Of a DNA stretch of 64,000 nt, positions 59,577 to 64,000 are shown piece by piece (the stretch's first letter is position 1; the number at the start of each line of letters is the position of its first letter). Origin of the DNA: an uncultured Mollicutes bacterium (GTDB taxonomy: Bacteria > Bacillota_I > Bacilli_A > RF39 > UBA660); contig URRF01000002.1 of NCBI GenBank assembly GCA_900550145.1, forward strand, positions 5,228 to 69,227, in the 5' to 3' direction. The position numbers were made by a program, and so were the translations under genes. The notes beneath the pieces were generated by a model. The model saw nothing but the letters and a program-made list of their open reading frames with translations, searched no databases and had not been told where the DNA came from.

Positions 59577-60097
59577 TGATTTATATTGTAAGACATGGGC
59601 AAACTAAATATAATGTAGAAGGAAGATATGGAGGGAGAATAGATATACCACTTAATAACAATGGTATAAAATCGGCAAAAGAATTACGTGATAAGTTTAA
59701 AAATGTCAAATTTGATTATGTTATATGTAGTCCATTAATTAGAACACAGCAAACAGCAAAAATCATAACAAATAAAAGTTTGATTTTGGATGAAAGATTG
59801 ATTGAAAGAGATAATGGCGAACTAGAAGGAAAATTAAAAAGTGAAATACAAGAACTACCTGATTTTAATGATCCGAATGAAAATAAATACAATATAGAGT
59901 CTATTACTAATTTTAGAAATAGAATTGAAGATTTTTTTTGTGAAATTGATGAAAAATATAAAGGCAAAAATGTATTAATAGTAACTCATGCTGGAGTAGG
60001 AATATATGCTAGATGTCATTATGAAGGAGAACCTCAAAATGGGGATTATCTTATTTATAAAATGAAAAATTGTGAAGTACTTGAATATGAAAATTGA
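59576..60097 (+). CDS. histidine phosphatase family protein (phosphoglycerate mutase-like/CobC-like)
   Basis: RHG motif IYIVRHGQTKYN; second His in VTHAG. Confidence 0.75.
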   Translation: MIYIVRHGQTKYNVEGRYGGRIDIPLNNNGIKSAKELRDKFKNVKFDYVICSPLIRTQQTAKIITNKSLILDERLIERDNGELEGKLKSEIQELPDFNDPNENKYNIESITNFRNRIEDFFCEIDEKYKGKNVLIVTHAGVGIYARCHYEGEPQNGDYLIYKMKNCEVLEYEN

Positions 60098-60108
60098 TGA
60101 GGTAAATT

Positions 60109-60957
60109 ATGGGAGAAAATAAAAAATATGTGATAGAAAATGGAGAACATAAAGGGGAAGTAATTGTTTCGTGGATAATAACACATTCTTGTCCAGAAAA
60201 ATGTGCTTATTGCATAAGTCCAATAAAAAGTAAGGAAATACAGTCGTTTGAAGAACATTTAAAAATTCAAAATCAAATGATTAATACAGGATTGACTAAA
60301 TGTCGATATATTGGTGGAGAACCATTTACTGTAAATCATTTAGTGCAATTAGTTAAAGAAGCCTCAATACGAGGAGTAGATACTAGAATAAGTACTAATG
60401 GAATTCTTTTGACAAAGGAAAAACTTCTATTTTTAAGAGATTATATAAATTCTTTTGCATTTCCATTTGAGTCAGTTGATGATAAACTTAATTATAACAT
60501 TCGGGGAACATTAAATCATAGAGAAATTGTTACCGATAGAATTATTATGGTAAAAGAAATAACTGATGCGGGTGTATTAATTAATACATGTGTTCATAAA
60601 GAAAATATTAATTCGTTATATGAACTTGGTGACTATTTACAAAAATTAGATGTAGATCATTGGAAGTTAAGAAAATTTTATTCAGGGAGTGGACGTGGTG
60701 CTGTTCCTAATAAAGAACGTTTCGAAATCTCAAATGAAGAATTTTTTGATATTGTTGATTTACTTAAAAGAGAATATCCAAAAATGCAAATAGATGGAAG
60801 ACTTCCATCCAAACTTCAAACACGACTTATGTTATCTCCGCAAGGAGAATTATATAGAATGATAGGGGAAAATGATGATGAAAATCGTGTATATGGTAAT
60901 ATTTTAACAAAAAAGATTAATATAGGTGCGATTTATAAAAAAGATAAATGTAATTAA
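60109..60957 (+). CDS. radical SAM enzyme
   Basis: CxxxCxxC (HSCPEKCAYC) near the N-terminus; GGEP motif (IGGEPF). Confidence 0.7.
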   Translation: MGENKKYVIENGEHKGEVIVSWIITHSCPEKCAYCISPIKSKEIQSFEEHLKIQNQMINTGLTKCRYIGGEPFTVNHLVQLVKEASIRGVDTRISTNGILLTKEKLLFLRDYINSFAFPFESVDDKLNYNIRGTLNHREIVTDRIIMVKEITDAGVLINTCVHKENINSLYELGDYLQKLDVDHWKLRKFYSGSGRGAVPNKERFEISNEEFFDIVDLLKREYPKMQIDGRLPSKLQTRLMLSPQGELYRMIGENDDENRVYGNILTKKINIGAIYKKDKCN

Positions 60958-60966
60958 GGAGAAGTT

Positions 60967-61635
60967 ATGACTATAGAATCAAAATCATGGAATTGGAAAA
61001 TTGTTAATGCAAATAAAGAAAGAGAATGGCTATTACCATCTCAAGAAGTTTACTATTTAATAGATAGATGGAAAACACTTAATAAAAAAAGTGTTTTAGA
61101 TTTGGGATGTGGTATTGGTAGACATGCTCTATTGTTTTCAAAAAGAGGTTTTAATACTTATGGACTAGATTTGTCAGAAGATGCAATAATGAAGGCTAAA
61201 GCATATTCCGACATAAACAATGCAAAAATAGAGTATGTTGTTGCGGATATGCTAAATTTACCATATGATAGTCAGACAATGGATGCTGTTTTTGCTTATT
61301 ATTCAATTTCACACACCGATACGAGTGGCGTAATAAGAATTTTAGAAGAAATTCGTAGAATTCTTACAATTAATGGAGAATGTTATTTAACTTTTGGTTC
61401 TAAGGATTCGTGGGGGTATAAGGAAGAATGGCCAATTGTAGATGATAACACAAAAATAAGGATTGAAGATGGTCCGGATAATGGCGTTCCTCATTTCTTT
61501 GCTGATAGTGAGCTTATTTATAATTTGTTTGAAAAATATGAAATTATAGATTTGAGACAAATTCAACGTATTGAAAATGAAAATGATATAATAAAGAGTC
61601 ATCATCATTATCATGTGTTGGCAAAGAAAAAGTAA
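60967..61635 (+). CDS. class I SAM-dependent methyltransferase
   Basis: VLDLGCGIGRHAL motif I; DLSEDAI; VADMLNLPY. Confidence 0.75.
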   Translation: MTIESKSWNWKIVNANKEREWLLPSQEVYYLIDRWKTLNKKSVLDLGCGIGRHALLFSKRGFNTYGLDLSEDAIMKAKAYSDINNAKIEYVVADMLNLPYDSQTMDAVFAYYSISHTDTSGVIRILEEIRRILTINGECYLTFGSKDSWGYKEEWPIVDDNTKIRIEDGPDNGVPHFFADSELIYNLFEKYEIIDLRQIQRIENENDIIKSHHHYHVLAKKK

Positions 61636-61768
61636 AGAGAATGATATAGAATATGTAAATAATAATTTTAATGAGTTAGAGATTGAATATAGGAGAATTA
61701 TGAATATAGTAAATAACTATTTAAATAAATGAAGTGATAAAGTAGAATTTTTTTGTTGAATTGAATAA
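61627..61768. repeat. direct repeat copy B (duplicate of the 3' end of hybrid kinase 1), begins at the methyltransferase stop codon
   Basis: Near-identical to 53300-53440, with two small indels near the end. Confidence 0.8.
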
Positions 61769-61799
61769 AACAGTTGACAATATAATATATTTATAATAT

Positions 61800-61920
61800 A
61801 ATTAGACACGTAAGAAAAAGGAAAGCGATGTATTCATCCACCTGAGAGCGAGTAGTTCTAGGTATAAAGCCATAATATGTTTATGAGTTTTTGAGTGGAT
61901 ACATTGTATCTACTTTTTTA
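61800..61920 (+). promoter_or_regulatory. infC leader with terminator-like hairpin (possible L20-dependent attenuator)
   Basis: GAGTGGATAC-attg-TATCTACT hairpin followed by TTTTTT just upstream of the infC RBS. Upstream alternative pairing segments (CATCCAC / GTGGATAC). Confidence 0.35.
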
Positions 61921-61937
61921 AATTGGAGGTGCTTACT

Positions 61938-62462
61938 ATAGCAAATAAAGAACGTGATTTACCAATTAATGATCAAATAAGATGTGGATCTATGTTGGTA
62001 ATTGGACCAAAGGGAGAACAATTAGGTGTAAAGACAAAATCTGATGCTTTAACATTAGCAGATTATGCTGGATTTGATCTTGTACTTATTAATGATTCGG
62101 CTAATCCACCAGTTTGTAAATTAATGGATTATAAGAAATATAAGTATGAGAAGAAGAAGAAGCAAAAGGAAAATGATAAGAAGCAAAGGGAAACTAGTTT
62201 TGAGATTAAGGAATATAGGTTATCTGTAACAATAGATAAACATGATTTTGAGACGAAGTTAAGGAATGCAGAAAAGCAATTGCAAAAAGGAAATAAGGTT
62301 AAAGCAACTGTAAGATTTAAGGGTAGACAACTAGCACATACTGAGTTAGGTGAGGAAGTACTTAATAGGTTTAAAGAGGGTTTAAATGAAGTTAGTGTTG
62401 TTGAAATGCCACCTAAGTTTGAATTTAAAGCTATGTATATGATTTTAGCACCAAAAAAGTAA
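61938..62462 (+). CDS. infC: translation initiation factor IF-3, probable non-AUG (ATA) start
   Basis: IF3 N- and C-domains (PPVCKLMDYKKYKYE...). No ATG in frame. GGAGGTG RBS 61925-61931, then in-frame ATA at 61938. The ORF track started at TTG 61923. Confidence 0.8.
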   Translation: MANKERDLPINDQIRCGSMLVIGPKGEQLGVKTKSDALTLADYAGFDLVLINDSANPPVCKLMDYKKYKYEKKKKQKENDKKQRETSFEIKEYRLSVTIDKHDFETKLRNAEKQLQKGNKVKATVRFKGRQLAHTELGEEVLNRFKEGLNEVSVVEMPPKFEFKAMYMILAPKK

Positions 62463-62474
62463 GGAGGAAATAAT

Positions 62475-62669
62475 ATGCCAAAATTAAAAACACACAAAGG
62501 AACAAAAAAAGTATTAAAGGTTCGTAAAGGTGGAACTATATCAATGGGAAGACCTGGTAGTAGACATAATACAGGTAAGAAAAATACAAGTGCAAATAGA
62601 AAAAATAGAAAAGGATCAGTTTTGAGTAAATCAGATTCAAAGAGATTAAAAACTGTAAAATTTAATTAA
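62475..62669 (+). CDS. rpmI: 50S ribosomal protein L35
   Basis: MPKLKTHKGTKK... L35 signature; 64 aa. Confidence 0.85.
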   Translation: MPKLKTHKGTKKVLKVRKGGTISMGRPGSRHNTGKKNTSANRKNRKGSVLSKSDSKRLKTVKFN

Positions 62670-62680
62670 GGAGGTAAATT

Positions 62681-63211
62681 ATGGCAAGAGTTAAAGGCGG
62701 AACTGTAGCAAGAGCAAGAAGAAAAAAAGTTTTAAAAGAAGCTAGCGGTTACTTTGGTAGTAAACATAGATTATTTAAAACAGCAAAAGAACAATTATTA
62801 CATTCTGGTGTATATGCTTATCGTGATAGAAGACAAAAGAAAAGAGATTTTAGAAAATTATGGATTACAAGAATTAATGCTGCTTGTAGAGAGAATGAAA
62901 TTAGTTATTCTAAGTTTATAGATGGATTAAATAAAGCAGGTTTAACTGTTAATAGAAAGATGTTATCAGAACTTGCAATAGATAATCCAAAGGCATTTAG
63001 CGATTTAGTTATAATTGCTAAGGATGCTTTAAATGGTAAGGAATATAAGCCATCAAAGGTTGTTTTGGAAAGTAAGAAAGATGATAAAAAGATAGTTAAA
63101 GAAACTAAAACAGCAACTAAAAAAGTAGAAGCTAAGGAAGAGAAAACAACAAAAGGTACTACTAAGAAAGCAACTACAAAAAAGGCAACAACTAAGAAAG
63201 AAGAAAAATAG
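62681..63211 (+). CDS. rplT: 50S ribosomal protein L20 with about 58-aa Lys/Thr-rich C-terminal extension
   Basis: [19 protein letters not shown]...[19 protein letters not shown] is L20. It continues into [15 protein letters not shown] repeats (176 aa). Confidence 0.9.
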   Translation: MARVKGGTVARARRKKVLKEASGYFGSKHRLFKTAKEQLLHSGVYAYRDRRQKKRDFRKLWITRINAACRENEISYSKFIDGLNKAGLTVNRKMLSELAIDNPKAFSDLVIIAKDALNGKEYKPSKVVLESKKDDKKIVKETKTATKKVEAKEEKTTKGTTKKATTKKATTKKEEK

Positions 63212-63246
63212 TACTTAGGTACTATTTTATTGTAATAGGGGTCATT

Positions 63247-63888
63247 ATGGATGAACAATTAAAAGAGTTGTTAAAAGATGTTGATGACAAATGTGAGTAC
63301 TCTGATGAAGCGATAGATGTACAAACATTTACAGATATGTTATCTTCATATTTTGTCGACTATAGAATTTTGCTTTATGAAAAAGAGAAAAAAGTTAGGG
63401 ACAGTAAAAGTTTAGAAGATATTTCATTTTATCTTGGAAATGATGTTGAGATATCTTTTGATTATCCTAAATCAAACTTTACGGTAACATATGATAAATA
63501 TAAGAAAACTTTGAATTATAGACATGAAGGAATGAGCGCATTTAAGGCGAAGGCATTTCTTGTTGCAAATTCAAAATTTATTAATAGATCAATGACTGTT
63601 TTAAGAAATGTAGATTCTATGTTAAAGAGTGATATGGCATTATATCGTTTGGAAGAATTGGAACAGGAAGTTGTGTATGGAGATATAAAAATAGTTTTTA
63701 ATATAATCGGACAGTATGCAGTTTATTTTAAGGATAGAAATATTACTAGAGAAAAAAATGTGATAAATTATGTGGATAATATTTTATCTAATATAAGAAT
63801 AAATGTTTCTGATTTGAAACCGGAATTTAAAAAATTATATTTTGAGTTTGATGAAATGTTAGGAGAAAAAGAGTACAAATATAAATAA
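63247..63888 (+). CDS. hypothetical protein
   Basis: 213-aa ORF with RBS. No recognisable motif. Confidence 0.35.
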   Translation: MDEQLKELLKDVDDKCEYSDEAIDVQTFTDMLSSYFVDYRILLYEKEKKVRDSKSLEDISFYLGNDVEISFDYPKSNFTVTYDKYKKTLNYRHEGMSAFKAKAFLVANSKFINRSMTVLRNVDSMLKSDMALYRLEELEQEVVYGDIKIVFNIIGQYAVYFKDRNITREKNVINYVDNILSNIRINVSDLKPEFKKLYFEFDEMLGEKEYKYK

Positions 63889-63893
63889 AATAA

Positions 63894-63921
63894 GGAAAAA
63901 CTTTGGTTTTTCTTTTTTTTC
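63894..63921 (+). terminator. rho-independent terminator
   Basis: GAAAAAC-tttg-GTTTTTC plus T8. Confidence 0.65.
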
Positions 63922-64000
63922 GTGATATAATTTTATTGGTGAATTATAATGCAAGACGTAATAAAAAAAATATATGATTATTCACTCGAAGAGATAATGG

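Noticed and set aside
1-64000. Alternative genetic code (TGA as Trp, Mollicutes-type) given the very low GC
   Set aside because: Conserved long genes (leuS, argS, tyrS) are full length with TGG-encoded Trp, and TGA/TAA/TAG all terminate ORFs at expected positions. The standard code fits.
1-64000. CRISPR arrays, rRNA or tRNA genes
   Set aside because: No regularly spaced direct repeats, no GC-rich structured RNA islands and no tRNA-like cloverleaf candidates were seen on either strand. Intergenic regions are explained by promoters, leaders and terminators.

Overview
This is an AT-rich (roughly 25% GC) Firmicutes-type chromosomal window that uses the standard genetic code: leuS reads through full length with TGG for Trp. 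The core backbone is mostly on the + strand: two MurE-type Mur ligases, an ABC-F ATPase, a HelD-like helicase, leuS with a T-box leader, trmL, tyrS with a T-box leader, rlmH, a Rel-type (p)ppGpp enzyme, argS, rpsD, ezrA, RNase J and infC-rpmI-rplT. No rRNA, tRNA or CRISPR array was seen. Between the core genes are several accessory or unusual modules. (1) An orphan holin plus GH25/LysM endolysin cassette lies between the two divergent murE paralogs. (2) A candidate surface-adhesion island (14.5-30.9 kb) holds a LemA fusion, a type-IV-prepilin::BspA-LRR chimeric protein whose promoter spacer contains an 11-G homopolymer (candidate phase switch), and a Tad/Flp-like pilus-secretion locus (CpaB, TadA, TadB, TadC, small pilin-like and TadE-like genes), followed by a signal-less multidomain cell-wall hydrolase. 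(3) A dimeric-dUTPase gene with an in-frame stop sits between the tyrS T-box and tyrS. (4) A C-terminally truncated Rel is tightly linked to an unusual ALDH-fold::nucleotidyltransferase fusion and is preceded by a leader ORF plus hairpin. (5) A decayed integration scar next to rpsD contains a tyrS 3' fragment fused to a serine-recombinase C-terminal fragment. (6) An IS3 copy has a 64-nt segment duplicated inside the tadC-like gene. (7) An approximately 8.3 kb segment is bounded by near-identical ~140-bp direct repeats. It carries a PlsC-like acyltransferase, a second hybrid histidine kinase, and a compact tailoring cluster with a radical SAM enzyme, two SAM methyltransferases, a histidine phosphatase and an oxidoreductase. 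The repeats are a copy of the 3' end of the first hybrid kinase. All calls are made by eye from motifs. No database search was run.
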